A DNA stretch of 63,997 nt, the filler included, from Reclinomonas americana ATCC 50394 (Eukaryota), in the NCBI GenBank assembly GCA_048213135.1. It is 12 parts of 12 records of this genome, joined end to end, with 100 filler letters (N's around TTAATTAATTAA, not from the genome) between each part and the next. Parts side by side here need not be neighbours in the genome. Positions count along the whole stretch, not along the records: positions 39,007 to 41,229 come from AFZH01018110.1; positions 41,330 to 45,525 come from AFZH01018111.1; positions 45,626 to 48,167 come from AFZH01018112.1; positions 48,268 to 62,310 come from AFZH01018113.1; 8 more parts are not named here. One strand, given 5' to 3'. This document shows, one piece after another, positions 39,216 to 51,806 of the stretch. Below the pieces are notes generated by a model. The model searched no databases. It worked only from the letters and a program-made list of their open reading frames with translations, and was not told the origin of the DNA. The translations under genes and the position numbers were made by a program. How positions within the stretch are numbered: the first letter of the stretch is position 1; every line of letters starts with the position of its first letter.

Positions 39216-40651
39216 ATGCGCTTCGCTCTGCAGCAGTCCGCCCGAGTGCGGTACTGCATCGTGTGTGCACTGGCGACCAGCTGTGTGGTCGCCCTGTGGT
39301 CCGTGATCTCGTGGACAACTTCCCCTCCGCAGCAGACTCCGTGGTGGTGGAGTGGACACGACAGATACGCCTACACTGTGTCGAACGGCACTCTGTGGGC
39401 CGCCGAACTCGTCGATTCACCCAGTGCGTGTGCACGGTCCATCTCTGCGACGCATCGCGTCTTTCTGAACCTCTCGTGCACTGCAGTGCATGTGGACACG
39501 CGTCGAGTGCACTCCGACTGCCAACTGATCCTCGAGAGTGTGGAACCACACACTGGTTGGTCGACGGGAGTGGCGGCCAACTATGCGCCGCGCCTGTGGC
39601 CGAGACACCGATCGATGAGACCCACTGATTGTCGATTGTGGCGCCTGTTGCCGGAGAGTCGGCGATCGTCGGCACAGGTGGCCACTGTACGAGCGACAGC
39701 AGTGCCGCTGGTGACTCTGCTGACTGACTTTGAGTGGCCAGTCAAGGGCGAGGGATTCACTTGGGTCTGTGCTTCTCCGTGTGTGCGTGCGCGCTTCCTT
39801 GTTGTTCACCCCTCGTTCAACAGTCGCTGATGAACTGGCTGGAGTACTGCGACCTGTTCCAGTGCGAAGTGTATGTGTATGTGCCGCCGCCGGGTCCACG
39901 AGCTGCTCATCCGTTTCTGTTTTTCGAGAAGGTGAGGTCGTCCTTGGCATTCACCGTGCGTCTTTCATTTGATGCTGATTGCGAAGCAACTCGACGACAG
40001 GCGGCGGCCTTGGCGCACGTACTCAACCTGCCACAGCACACACGAGCATTGTACGTGGACATTGACATGTGGTTTCAGAAGCCCATCTCGTGTGGCCGGC
40101 TTGTGGCCGAGTTCTTTGACGAGCGGCCGACGGCGTCGGTGCTCTTCCAGTGGCACGAGTGGATGAATGCCGGCGCCGTGGGTGTGCGGCGGGCGCCATT
40201 TGCGGAGCAGTTTCTTCTCGACTGGTTCCACGAGGGCCAACGCGCGGAGACCTACTCGCTGCATGTGGGCGATCAGGTGGCATTCGGGCACCTCGTGTTA
40301 TCGCGACTGGAGAACACTGGCGATCCGAGTGTGCACGCCAAGCTGCCGCCCTACCACGGTCAGTGTGCCGTCTGCAACACCACGCACGCCACGTGCGACC
40401 GCTGCTACGAGTCTGTGGCACGCGATCGTGAGCGCATCCTCGGCCACGCCCTCTGCCTGCCGAGCGACGACCCGCGCACGGAGGCGTACTGGGGACCCGA
40501 CATGTATTGCATTCCGTGGTTCGGCGGCTACATTGCCCTGCAGTACTTGCGCGGCAATAACGACCGTGACCCGGCGAAGGCTCTCCTGTGGCACTCGGGC
40601 AGTCGCTTCTACTTTAAGGGCAGTGGAGTGCCCTTTAATTTGTGTCAGTGA
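39216..40651 (+). CDS. GT-A fold glycosyltransferase (GT34/nucleotide-diphospho-sugar transferase-like)
   Basis: Signal anchor, ALYVDID (DxD), MNAGAVGVR...FLLDW, GDQVAF. Confidence 0.7.
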
Positions 40652-41329
40652 ATCCATTCATTCATTGGAGGGTCTGGGGTCGGTGATCGGTCACAAAAAA
40701 GAATGGATCCCGGTGACCCGGACCGAAAAAGAATGGAGCTCGGCCTTAGAAAAGAATGGATCTCGCCCAAGAAGATTGGATCTCCCGGCCGGAGCTGGGT
40801 GGCTAAATCGGCGTAGTTCCGTCTGCGGACGCTTGCAGCATGCAAGCGACTATCAATACGTTCACCAAGCTCGTCTAGAGGCGCACGCGCGCACGCGGAA
40901 CACGAACCGGCCTTCGTGTTGTCGCTAGCTTTGCACCGTATCCACAGGTTTTGTCGGCTAATTCCACTCGATCAACTAATTCGGACTTACATAACCACAG
41001 CGCTTATTCATTCGTGATCACTGATGAGCTTTGCGAACGACACCGCCTCACTCATATCCATGTTCTCCGCTTCACGCTCCATGTCGTCATCGTCGCCGCA
41101 ATCGTTCATACCGTCGCTGTCGTCCACCTCCAGCACCGCGGCCGCAACCGACCCGTCGTCGCTCGCAACAATCTGACCATAGCTGATATCCACCTGCATC
41201 GGCGCCGCATCCACAACGACCGCGGATGTNNNNNNNNNNNNNNNNNNNNNNNNNNNNNNNNNNNNNNNNNNNNTTAATTAATTAANNNNNNNNNNNNNNN
41301 NNNNNNNNNNNNNNNNNNNNNNNNNNNNN

Positions 41330-42400
41330 CTGGTGAGTCGTTGTGTGTGCCACTCGTTGCCGATATGTATGTGCTCATTATTCGTGGCGTTTCAGACGGC
41401 TACCAGACAATTAATGGGTGCGTGCTAGCTTGCGTCCTTTATTGCTGCGTGTGTGGTGTGCTGACAGCGCTCTTGCTTGCGTGCAGTTCGGCGGCGCAGT
41501 TTGCCGCTGAGGAACTCGGCTTCGGGCCGATTCCACTTGCTGTGCGTGCATGCTAGTGTGTTGTGGTATGTGAGAGACGTATGGACCTTCTGATTTTCTG
41601 TTTTTTTCGCATTCGCGGAGCAGCTGCTGGTGATGACGGTGGAGTTCTCCGGTATTGTCGGATGCATGATCTGGCTGCGTTTGTCACGCGGCTTGTTGCG
41701 ACCGCGTACGATCCTCCTCACAAACTTGGTGCGCTTTTGCAGTGAGTTTCGAGGTGCAGCGTGTTGATGAGCTTACTGTGTGTGTGGTGTTAGTTCATCA
41801 TGAGTGCGCTGCCGGTGTACGCGTTCGTGTTGTTGCGGACGCAGGTTTGTTATCTGCATGAACAGGCATGTATGTGTGCACTCACCACCACGCTGATGTG
41901 CATCGCAGGCCGAGTTTTTTGTGGTGGCGGCCGTGTACGGCCTGCAAGTGGGATCCGCTCAGGCGTTTGCTCGCTCCATCTTTTCGGAGCTTATCCCCAA
42001 GTCTCTCGAGGCCGAGTTCTTTGCGTTTTTCGCCGTGACCGACAAGGGTATGGATCGATGGTTGTTGCTGCCGAGAAACAGCCTCTGCATGTGCCCATAC
42101 TGACGGTGCGATTGTGTAGGAACATCGTGGATCGGTCCGCTCACATTCGGACTGGTTAATCAGCTCACCAACAGCTACCGCCTGGCCTTCTTCTCTATCG
42201 CCATATTCTTTTTCGTCGGTGCACCGGTGCTGATGTGCGTTAATCTGGAGAAGGGACGTGCCGACGCCCGCAAGTTCCACGAGCACACTGCCGGCAGGTG
42301 CGCTGGCAACGCAGTTTGCAATCCCACCACTGTTTCTCACGGACTTGTCGTGCAGCTCTGTGGACGCAAGTCATGAACCAGAGAGAAACACACAACACTG

Positions 42401-42401
<1 letters not shown>
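41330..42401 (+). CDS. ATG22: Atg22/UMF1-like MFS transporter, 3' part
   Basis: YGLQVGSAQAFARSIFSELIP..EAEFFAFFAVTDKGTSWIGP, VNLEKGRADA. Confidence 0.8.
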
Positions 42402-42435
<34 letters not shown>

Positions 42436-42827
42436 CTTTACTAATCCAAACAGCAATAAACTCAATCCATTAATACACCATTCCTATATCGATTATTTCC
42501 GTTTCTGATGCTCGCTCAAGATGGTGATCATCGTGCAGCTGTGATGCTGTTTGGATCAGTTAAGATCTTGCGGTTCGCGGCCACAGCGCGCTCTGTGCAT
42601 GCCGGGAACAGCGCAAGTTCGATCGCGATCGCCAGTTGCAACGTCGAAGTCCGCATTCGAATTCGCAGACAACTATGGATATCAATGCTCTATTGATATG
42701 CAGCTATAGCCAGTTGCCAGGTGCGTGTTTTGCAACTGGACCACAAACTTCGAGCCAATCGTGTAATCGCCCATCCATCAGTCGATCCGCCGTCGCGCAA
42801 CTCGGTTGTGTGTTTCAAGCAGAAGAC

Positions 42828-43549
42828 ATGGCGGGTTCTCCCGGTGTCGACATTCGCAAGCTGCAGACTGAGATTCAACGGCTATCTGCTGCCAAGTTCC
42901 ATGCCGAAGAGAGTTACGTCTCAGTCGGCCATCATGGCCATTCCCCCGCCCAGACACCACTCCCACGAACACACACACACATACACACGTACACCCGTGC
43001 ACACGTGGCACATCACGACCACCTGCTTGTCATGGTATGCACTGTCGTGCAACAGAGACAACACAGTCTCGAGAGAAAGACAGATTGCGACTTGTCTCAA
43101 GGCGCGCACGTGCAGTTGGTTTCGCACTCCACTCACTCCCCCGCACGCATTCTCACAGAGGTCGACATTCTACAAAAGGAGCTCGCCAACACCACTCGTC
43201 AGCTGACGCAAGCGCGCAGTTGCGACCTGCTTGTTGTGGTGCTTTCTCACTCCGCCAGCTTCTCGTTGGTTTGACACAATGTCGCGTTGCAGAGGCGCTC
43301 GATCGCATGGGTGGAGCAGGCGATTCGGTGCTTGCCGAGCAAGTGGAACAGCTGCAAGAGACACTACGCATGGTCAATCTCGAGTTCAGGAGAGAGGTTT
43401 ATTTTGGTGCAGACTTGTGCGAGGTGTATGTGCGTGCGTGAGATTGACCGAGCGCGTGCGTCTCTCAGGGCGAACGTGCTGTGGTGCTGGAGGCTCGTGT
43501 GAAGGAGCTGGAAGCAGCCGCTGCTCGTGGTATGCTGGCGCGAATGAAT

Positions 43550-43595
<46 letters not shown>

Positions 43596-46500
43596 GCTGT
43601 GCACGCTGATGCAGCAATGCTGTGCAGGTGGTGGCGGTGGAGGAGGTGTTGACCCACTTATGGTGGAGGAGTACCGATCACGGGTGGAGGTGGAGGCCAA
43701 GAGGGCAGCAGCGGAGTCGAGGCGTGCCGACACGGCGTCTGCTCGGGCGACCGCCGTGGAGGCGCAGCTGGCCAAGGCGCTCGAAGAAAATCGCAGTCTG
43801 GGCGATCGGGTGAAAACACTGGAGACGCAGCTTGCTCAGCAGAGCAGTCGCGTGGAGAGTGAGGTACTTGGGCGCGGCCGGCGTGTTGTTCATCGCTGAT
43901 GGCAGCAACTGGGATGCTAAGCAGCACACACTCTCGATGCAGAGGGCCGAGTTGGCGCAGAAAGTGGCAGTGCTGGAGAGGACGAATGCTTCACTCAGCT
44001 CGCAAGTGTCGGCGAATCAGCGCACGCGAGACACCGAATTGCAACGCTTGCGTCAGTCACTTACCGAAGTGCGTGCTGCCTGCTGCGGTCTCCCAGTTGT
44101 GCCACGAGTCTCACTGACGTGTGCACAGGCCGAGTCGTCGGCGAATGAACGCCAGCGACAGCTGGATTCGTACAAGAACCGCTACGAAAAGGCCGTCGCA
44201 GAGGTGCGTAGCGTTGTTTCTTACCTGCGTGCAGCTAGCAGGATGGATCTGCGTGTGACTGAATTTTTCGTGCCGTGCGCAGTTGGATTCATCCGAGAGG
44301 CTACTGAAGCTCAAGATCACGCAATTGGAGGAGCAAGTAAAGGCCGCTGAGCGCAAGGTCTGTTTTGGCAGCGACGTGCTGTCTGTTGACTGCAAGAGTG
44401 AATAGTGACTGACGTTGCGTGTGCGTCGCCCCGCAGCGTGAAGAGTCTCAACGAGCGCAGACGCAGTCTGCAGAGAGCGCTGTTTCGTGGGATGCCGATC
44501 TCTTGTTTCTATCTCTCCTTGTTTCTCACTTGCTTGCTCTGCAGTCGAGTCGCGAACAGGAACGCATTCACGAGCTGGAGGAACAAAATCGTGAGCAGGC
44601 AAACGCGTTGCAACAGCGAGATTTGCTGCTCGACGATGCACGGGCCGCCATTCAGCGAGCTGAGCAGCAGGTCGCGGCGGAACGCGATCGGTGCTCGGAG
44701 TTGGAGAAGAAGGTGATGAACACAAACAGGTGCAGGCGATCGCCACCGGTCACTGATGTGTCGTTTCCTGTTTATTTGTTCCTGGTGGAGTACAGGTGGA
44801 GCTGGGGCGTACGGAGGTGGAGCAAGAGAAGGAGGCCCGCGAGGATCTTGAAGATCGATTGAGGACCACCAAGGAGCTGTTGACCGTGGCCATGGCAGAA
44901 AGCGAGAACCTGAGGAGGAAGGTGGCCGATGTCGAAGACGAGTTGGAAGCCGTGACCACTGACCAGCGCAGCGCGGAAACTCAGTCTGCCCAGATCCAGG
45001 CGGCACAAGAGGCTGCCAAGTTGCGTCGACACGCAACGACGCTCGATGCTTCATCTGCGATTGCTCATGGTTCCTGCAACAATGTGACAGTCGTCGGTTG
45101 GAATCTATGCAAGCCGAGATCACTGCCGTAACCGACAAGCTGGCGAGCACGGAGGCTGCACTCGAGAGTGCTCAGAGGGAGGCGGAGACGTGCCGGAAGG
45201 AGTTGGAGGCGGCGCGGCGGGAAACCGAGAATGCGAAGAAGAATGTGGAATCTGCGTCTCGCGATAAGGAGCGTGACATGAAGCAGGTGAAAGTTCATGT
45301 CTTGTTGACACCGTGTTTTTTTGTGTGTGTGTGTGTGTGTGTCATTGCCTCCTCGTTCTCACTTCGACGTCGATGCACAGTTGCAAGAGCGCCTCTCTGT
45401 ACAGGAGACTCAGTTGAACAGCATCCGTAAGAAGCTGGAGTTTCGTTAAACAGTCACCTATTTTCCACGGTGGTCGGTAATACTGACTCGCGAATGGTGT
45501 CGCCAGGGAGGCCGATGAAACACTCNNNNNNNNNNNNNNNNNNNNNNNNNNNNNNNNNNNNNNNNNNNNTTAATTAATTAANNNNNNNNNNNNNNNNNNN
45601 NNNNNNNNNNNNNNNNNNNNNNNNNCCGCGCGTGTGTGTGAGAGAGAGGCGCCATGTTGCTGGTAGAGTGTGTGCTCAAGCCGATACGTGTGCACAGGCG
45701 TTGGAGCACACCATTGAGGATTTGCGTGCTCGAGAGGTGAAGCATGCGAAGGATTACAGTGGATTGCAAGGTTTGTGAGTGCGTGCCCATGGCATGGATG
45801 AGCGGCGTGGTGGCTGATGAGACCCCAGAGGTGTACGATCGAACACAGATGGAGCTGCAGGCGCGCACTTCCGACCTCGAAAAGACACTGGCGAAGAAGA
45901 AGGAGCTGCAAACGCGTCTGCAGGAGGTCGAGTGCCTGTGCATGTGTTGCAGTTCTGCTGTCCGCGACTTATATATATTTCTCTTCGATTGGTGTGCTGC
46001 AGACGCAAGCAAACCTCGATTCCAGTTTGAAGGAGGCACGCGAGCAACTCGACCGCGCCAATCGCCTGGAGAAGAAGCTGGCGCGAACGCTGGCGGTGTA
46101 CGAGAAATCAGTGGTGAACGCTTTTGTGAGTTCGGCCGTGTGGCGTGGACTCTTTGAGAGCCACTCGCAGCGATTGGATAAGTCGGTAAGTTGGAGTGGG
46201 AGGAAGGAAGTGCGTGCTCCAGTTTCGCTGTCAGATGATTCACTCCTTGTCGCAGCTGGCCGATCTTGACGTCGCGCAAAACGAAATGCGTCAGGCGCGC
46301 GAGGCGCAGGCCAGGGCGGAGGATGAGTTGGCGCGAGAGAAGCAAGTGGCGTCGATCAATCTGAAGAAGAACAAGCATCTCACCAGGTGCGCCGTTCAAA
46401 GCGGTCATCGATCTCACTTCCTCGTGCATTTTTAATTCTTGTGTCCATGCAGAGAGTTGCAACAGCAATTGCAACAGGAGGTTGAGATGCGACGTGTGCT

Positions 46501-47189
46501 GGAGGCTGAAGCCGAATTCCTCCGAACCGGCGTGGTGCGCGACAGCAAATCCGGGCATTTGGCAGAGGGCACTGAAGACAAGGCCACGCTGATCAAAGAG
46601 AACAATGTGCTGGTTGCTCGTCTGGGCGAGATTCAGAACGACAAGTGGCGACTCGAGGAGGAATTGCGCCGATACCAGGCCACCATCTCGCAGCTGCACA
46701 CGGTGCGTTGCACGAGTACATTTCGTTTTCTGCCCTTGGTCTTCAAACTCATCGTTTGTTGAGCGCAGGACCTGGACCGCAAGACACAGCTTGTCGATCA
46801 CTACGTGCAAAAGGAGAAGCTGGCGGTGATGAGCCCCAAGAAGCGCCTGGAAGCCGCTGCCGACGGTGGTGGCGAGGGCTCCGGTGGCTTCCTGTCATCC
46901 CTCTTCAACCGCAAGAAGCACAAGGACGAGCAGACGCTTCAGCTGCAGACGCTGTACGAGGAGGCCACATTGCAGAACACGCACTTGCAGGTATGTGTGT
47001 GTGTGTATGTGCTTCTCTCCCTGTGCACCGGCAGCCGCACCCACTCGTGTGCGTCGCCCGCAGCAAAACATGACAATTCTGGGTGACGAAGTGCAACGAC
47101 TGAGCGACGAGAACCGAACTCTTCGGGAGCAGCTGCAGACTCTCTCAGCAGCAGCAGGAGCACGGTCACCAAACTCGCGTCCCGCCTGA
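42828..47189 (+). CDS. Long coiled-coil protein, GRIPAP1/CCDC186-like (spans the gap at 45526)
   Basis: Heptad-rich exons; C-terminal DLDRKTQLVDHYV...LQTLYEEATLQNTHLQQNMTILGDEVQRL resembles the GRIPAP1 tail. Continuity across the gap is inferred. Confidence 0.65.
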
Positions 47190-47296
47190 GAGGCCCGACA
47201 TACCTGCTGCGCGTTGCTCACCTCACGCACTCGGCGACTGCGAATTCTGTGAAGTAAAATTTCTGAGTGTTTTTTTTTATTCGCGTGCGCGCGTTG

Positions 47297-47803
47297 ATGA
47301 ATGCCCATGGAGTGGTGTGGACCGATGACCAACGCGCCGACTTTAGTGCCTTCGAGGTGCGACTGCGGCACAAGTACTCGTCGGCGAGGAGAGAACACAT
47401 CAAGTTCACAAGTTGCGCGCGCACACAAACATCCACATGCATACTCTCCCTCTCTCACACACACAACGCAGTCAAGTCAATCGTGCTGCTGGTGGTGATT
47501 GGTGCACTCTCCGTCCGCGCTGCATGGGTGATACACAGCTCCAGCGAGGTCTGTGTGGAAACGCACTCACTGGGCCTTCTCACTAGCTCACGCGCATCAC
47601 AGATCTCTGCATCGCTAGTGCTGCAGGCGTGTGCCATCCCCGCAGCGCTGCTAGTTCTATGGATGTACATTCGCGCCATGCACTTCCACGCGGACGCGCG
47701 AGTGTGCGATCCGCAAAAGTTTGTCGATTACACCAACGCCAGTCTGCGCTCGCTGGAGCTTCGATTTGATCCGCTGAGTGGTTCCGTGCGACCTCTCAGA
47801 TAG
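47297..47803 (+). CDS. CNEP1R1/TMEM188/Spo7-like nuclear envelope phosphatase regulatory subunit
   Basis: DQRADFSAFEVRL, two TM segments, RVCDPQKFVDYTNASL..LRFD, same layout as CNEP1R1. Confidence 0.65.
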   Translation: MNAHGVVWTDDQRADFSAFEVRLRHKYSSARREHIKFTSCARTQTSTCILSLSHTHNAVKSIVLLVVIGALSVRAAWVIHSSSEVCVETHSLGLLTSSRASQISASLVLQACAIPAALLVLWMYIRAMHFHADARVCDPQKFVDYTNASLRSLELRFDPLSGSVRPLR

Positions 47804-47843
47804 CTACCCTCGCATCGCAAACACAACAAGTAAACCGTGCGCT

Positions 47844-47886
<43 letters not shown>

Positions 47887-47895
47887 ATTCGCTCG

Positions 47896-48167
47896 ATGCT
47901 GCGATCACGAGCAGTTGTTGTCGGCGCAATGGTGCTGTTGTTTGCGCTGGTGCTGTTGTACGTGGGTGGACCGATGATGATGGTGATGATGAGTGGACGA
48001 GGGATGCATGCGCAGTCGCTACCGTGTCCCCGAGTGCGGTTACCGCCACCGATGCCGGCGCCGAGTGAGCGCGATGTGGCAGTGGCGCGTGTGGTGCTGG
48101 ATGCGACCAGACTTGTGTTGCAAGGTGATGAACCGCGTGCGGCGTGGACGTTTGAGAAGCATGCGTT
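47896..48167 (+). CDS. Type II membrane protein, 5' fragment
   Basis: MLRSR followed by a hydrophobic anchor and Pro-rich stem; truncated by gap. Confidence 0.45.
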
Positions 48168-48440
48168 NNNNNNNNNNNNNNNNNNNNNNNNNNNNNNNNN
48201 NNNNNNNNNNNTTAATTAATTAANNNNNNNNNNNNNNNNNNNNNNNNNNNNNNNNNNNNNNNNNNNNTCGACGTTGATTGGCCCGTGTCGTCATCTTTGG
48301 CCATTGCACGGCGACAGTGCATACGCAACAGTAGTTCATTATGTTGCAGAGTTGCGGCAGTGAAAAGATTTCACAGCGAGGTCAAATCACAAAATGTCCT
48401 GCAACCGACTTCGACTTTGATCTCACCTCGGAGACACCAA

Positions 48441-51400
48441 ATGCTGAGCAGCGTTCTGCGATGGAGTGCACAACAGCTCTCCACGCCATCCTCGACGTCG
48501 AAAGCATCGTCAGCGATGATGACGACACTGATGACGCAACCACTTCGATGGCATCTCTCTCGGCGAGGATTCATCGAAATGAGAACCACACTGCCCGACA
48601 ACCCCGGTAGGAGCAGCAGGCACATTACTCACACACAGACACACTCTCTTCTCTCACACGCGCACACACATGCACGCAGGCGATGCACTGAAAAAATACG
48701 GCAAGGATCTGACCGAAGTTGCATACTTCTCTCTCTATTCCCCCACCTTCTCTCTCCCGCCACTCACACCTCCACTCACTCAGTTGGCGGAGAACGGCAA
48801 ACTCGATCCGGTGGTGGGTCGCGACGAAGAGATTCGCCGCACTCTGCAGGTGCTCGCCCGTCGCACCAAGAACAACCCGGTGCTCATCGGGGAGCCGGGC
48901 GTGGGCAAGACGGCGATCATCGAGGGCCTCGCGCAGCGTATTGTCAAGGGCGAGGTACCGGACAGCATTAAGAACCGGCGAGTGATTGCGCTGGATTTGG
49001 GCTCGTTGGTCGCCGGCGCCAGTTACCGCGGAGAGTTTGAGCAGCGACTCAAGTCGGTGCTGCGCGATGTGCAACAGGCCGAGGGCAAGATGCTGCTGTT
49101 CATCGACGAGTTGCACACGCTTGTGGGCGCTGGAGTGCGTTGCTGCCGAGTTGTCGCGATTGGTTCCGGTGAGGGAAACTGACTGTGCATGCAGGCTGCT
49201 GAAGGATCAATGGATGCGTCAAACATGCTAAAGCCGGCACTGGCGCGTGGCGACTTGCACTGCATCGGTGCAACGACGCTCAACGAGTATCGCAAGGTTT
49301 TGAGCGTTCGCGGTGTGTCAAGGGTGGAACCTGTCTCCTGACAACCACCACGCACACAGTACATTGAGAAAGATGCCGCGCTGGCGCGGCGATTCCAGAC
49401 CGTGTTCGTGCCAGAGCCGTCGGTGGAGGCCACCATTAGCATCTTGCGTGGATGTTGCGCCTCTTTCCTCTGTCAACTCTTGCCACCCCGAAGTGACGCT
49501 TCTTCGATGCTCGTGTGCAGTGAAGGAGCGCTACGAAGTGCACCATGGCGTGCGAATCGCCGATGGCGCACTGGTGGCCGCCGCTGTGCATTCGCACAAG
49601 TACCTGTCGGAGCGCAAGCTGCCTGACAAGGCCATTGACTTGGTGGACGAGGCGGCCAGTCGCCTGCGTCTGCAGTTGCGTGGATCTTTATCATCGATCA
49701 TGCTCGCTCTCCCTCACTTCACACACACACACACCGCAGGCAAGAGAGCAAGCCAGAGGACATTGATCAGCTGGATCAGGTCATCATCACGCTGAAGATT
49801 GAGCGCGAGGCGCTGAAGAAGGAGAGTGATCGAGCGTCGCTGGAGCGTCTCGATCGCGTCAATTCCGAACTGCGCCAGAAGCAAAACGAAATGGACCGCC
49901 TCATGAAAGTGTGGCAGGAGGAGAAGTTGCTTGGAGAGCTTCTCGTCGCTTCTTGTTGTTCTATCCCTGTTCTCACGCATATGCACAGGAAGCGCATCAA
50001 CGAACTGAAGGAGTCCAAGGCGGCACTGGAACGCGCCAAGGCCGAACTGGAACGAGTGCAGCGCACCGGCAACTGGCAGCGAGCCGGCGAGCTCAAGTAC
50101 TCGGAGATTCCCAAGCTGGAGCAGGCGCTGAAGCATGAGTTGCGTGCAAGTCAACTACACGAGGAGCATGTTTCTCTGTGTTCTCACATGCTTCGCAGAG
50201 AATCGGATGAGCTCCGGATGCTGAGCGATGTGGTGACGGAAAAGGACGTGCTGCGCGTGATTGCCAAGGCCACGGGTATTCCAGTCGAGGTGTGTGCGAG
50301 AGAGACGGCCGGCCATGTCAACCCTTTCCCTTTCTCGTCGCTCATCAAACAAACACAGAATTTGATGATGGGCGAGAAGGAGCGCTTGTTGCAAATGGAA
50401 AACATGCTCAGCAAGCGCGTCGTGGGGCAAGACGAGGCCATCAAGGCGATCAGGTGAGGCTCACTACCGAATTGTTATTTATTGCGTCTCTAGTTTTTTT
50501 CTGTTGTCTCATCGCCGTCGTCCCAGCAATGCAATTCGCGTGTCGCGTGCCGGTTTGCATGCACACAATCGCCCGCTGGGCTCCTTCTTGTTCCTCGGCC
50601 CAACGGGTGTCGGCAAGACCGAATTGTGCAAGGCACTGGCGCAGTTCCTCTTCAACGACGACAATGCCATGGTCCGCATCGACATGAGCGAGTACATGGA
50701 GCGCTTCTCCGTGTCGCGCCTCGTCGGTGCACCACCGGTACGCAATGTGTTTGCGTAGTGTGGCAGAAGTGAATTGTCGTCGCTCACGCGCCAACAAACT
50801 TGCAGGGCTACGTCGGCTACGAGGAGGGTGGCACGCTGACCGAGGCCGTGCGTCGCCGACCGTACCAACTGGTGCTGTTTGACGAGTTCGAAAAGGCGCA
50901 CCGCGAGGTCTCCAACATTCTGCTGCAAGTCATGGACGAAGGCCACTTGACCGACAGTCAGGGCCGGCGAGTCGACTTCAAGAACACCCTCATCATTCTC
51001 ACCAGCAACATTGGCGCACATTCGCTGACCCCCGACTTGTCGGTACGCATTCTTCTTCTTCTTTCGCCATGTTCACTGGCACTGACTGAACGGTGTTGTG
51101 GCGATCGATGACAGGATGCGGAAGTAAAGTCGACGCTGATGGATGCCGCGCGCAACTTCATGGCCCCCGAATTCTTCAACCGTCTCGACGAAGTGGTCGT
51201 CTTCAATCGCCTAAAGTTCGAGCACATGGATCGCATCATCGACGTTCAAATGCGCAGTTGCGATACTCACACAACCAGTGTGGCCGATGCTGGGCATGTT
51301 TACTGATGGAGACCGTGCGTGAACAGATATTCGCGGAATGCTGGCTGATCGACACATTGACGTGGAGCTGGACAAGCCCGCTCGCGAATTCCTGGCTCGC

Positions 51401-51744
51401 GTTGGCTTTGAGCCAGCATATGGCGCTCGGCCACTGAAGCGCGCCATTCAGGTACACATTGCTGCTGTGGAAGTTGACCTTGGCCGGTCTTGTCTCTCGC
51501 TCACACGCCGCCGTCGCTGTGACACCAGGAACACCTGCTGAATCCGCTCGCGGCTCGTCTGCTGCAAGGCGATGTGCTGGAGAACGATCTGGTGCGCGTT
51601 CTGGTGGACCCTGTTGACCGCAAGCAACTGACGTTTGAGATTGAGCACCGCGGTGAGCCTGCCGGCAAGGCCGACGGCAAGTCCGCGTCGAGCTCGTCCA
51701 CCAAATCGAATGGCTCCGTCCAGGAGGCCGAGATCGTGTCTTGA
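48441..51744 (+). CDS. HSP78: Mitochondrial ClpB/Hsp78 disaggregase (15 exons)
   Basis: Presequence-like N-terminus with no ClpB N-domain. Motifs [56 protein letters not shown]. Confidence 0.93.
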
Positions 51745-51806
51745 TCGGCATCGACACCCGCAGCATGCATAGAATGAGAAAACCATCGCCGTGAATGACA
51801 ATGCAC

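Noticed and set aside
40697..40783. CRISPR-like repeat-spacer pattern
   Set aside because: Repeats of about 13 nt and spacers of about 9-16 nt are too short and irregular; eukaryotic context with no cas genes.
45578..46810. Long antisense ORFs (also 1141-2166 and 31058-31693)
   Set aside because: Shadows of real genes on the opposite strand in GC-rich DNA; no motifs.
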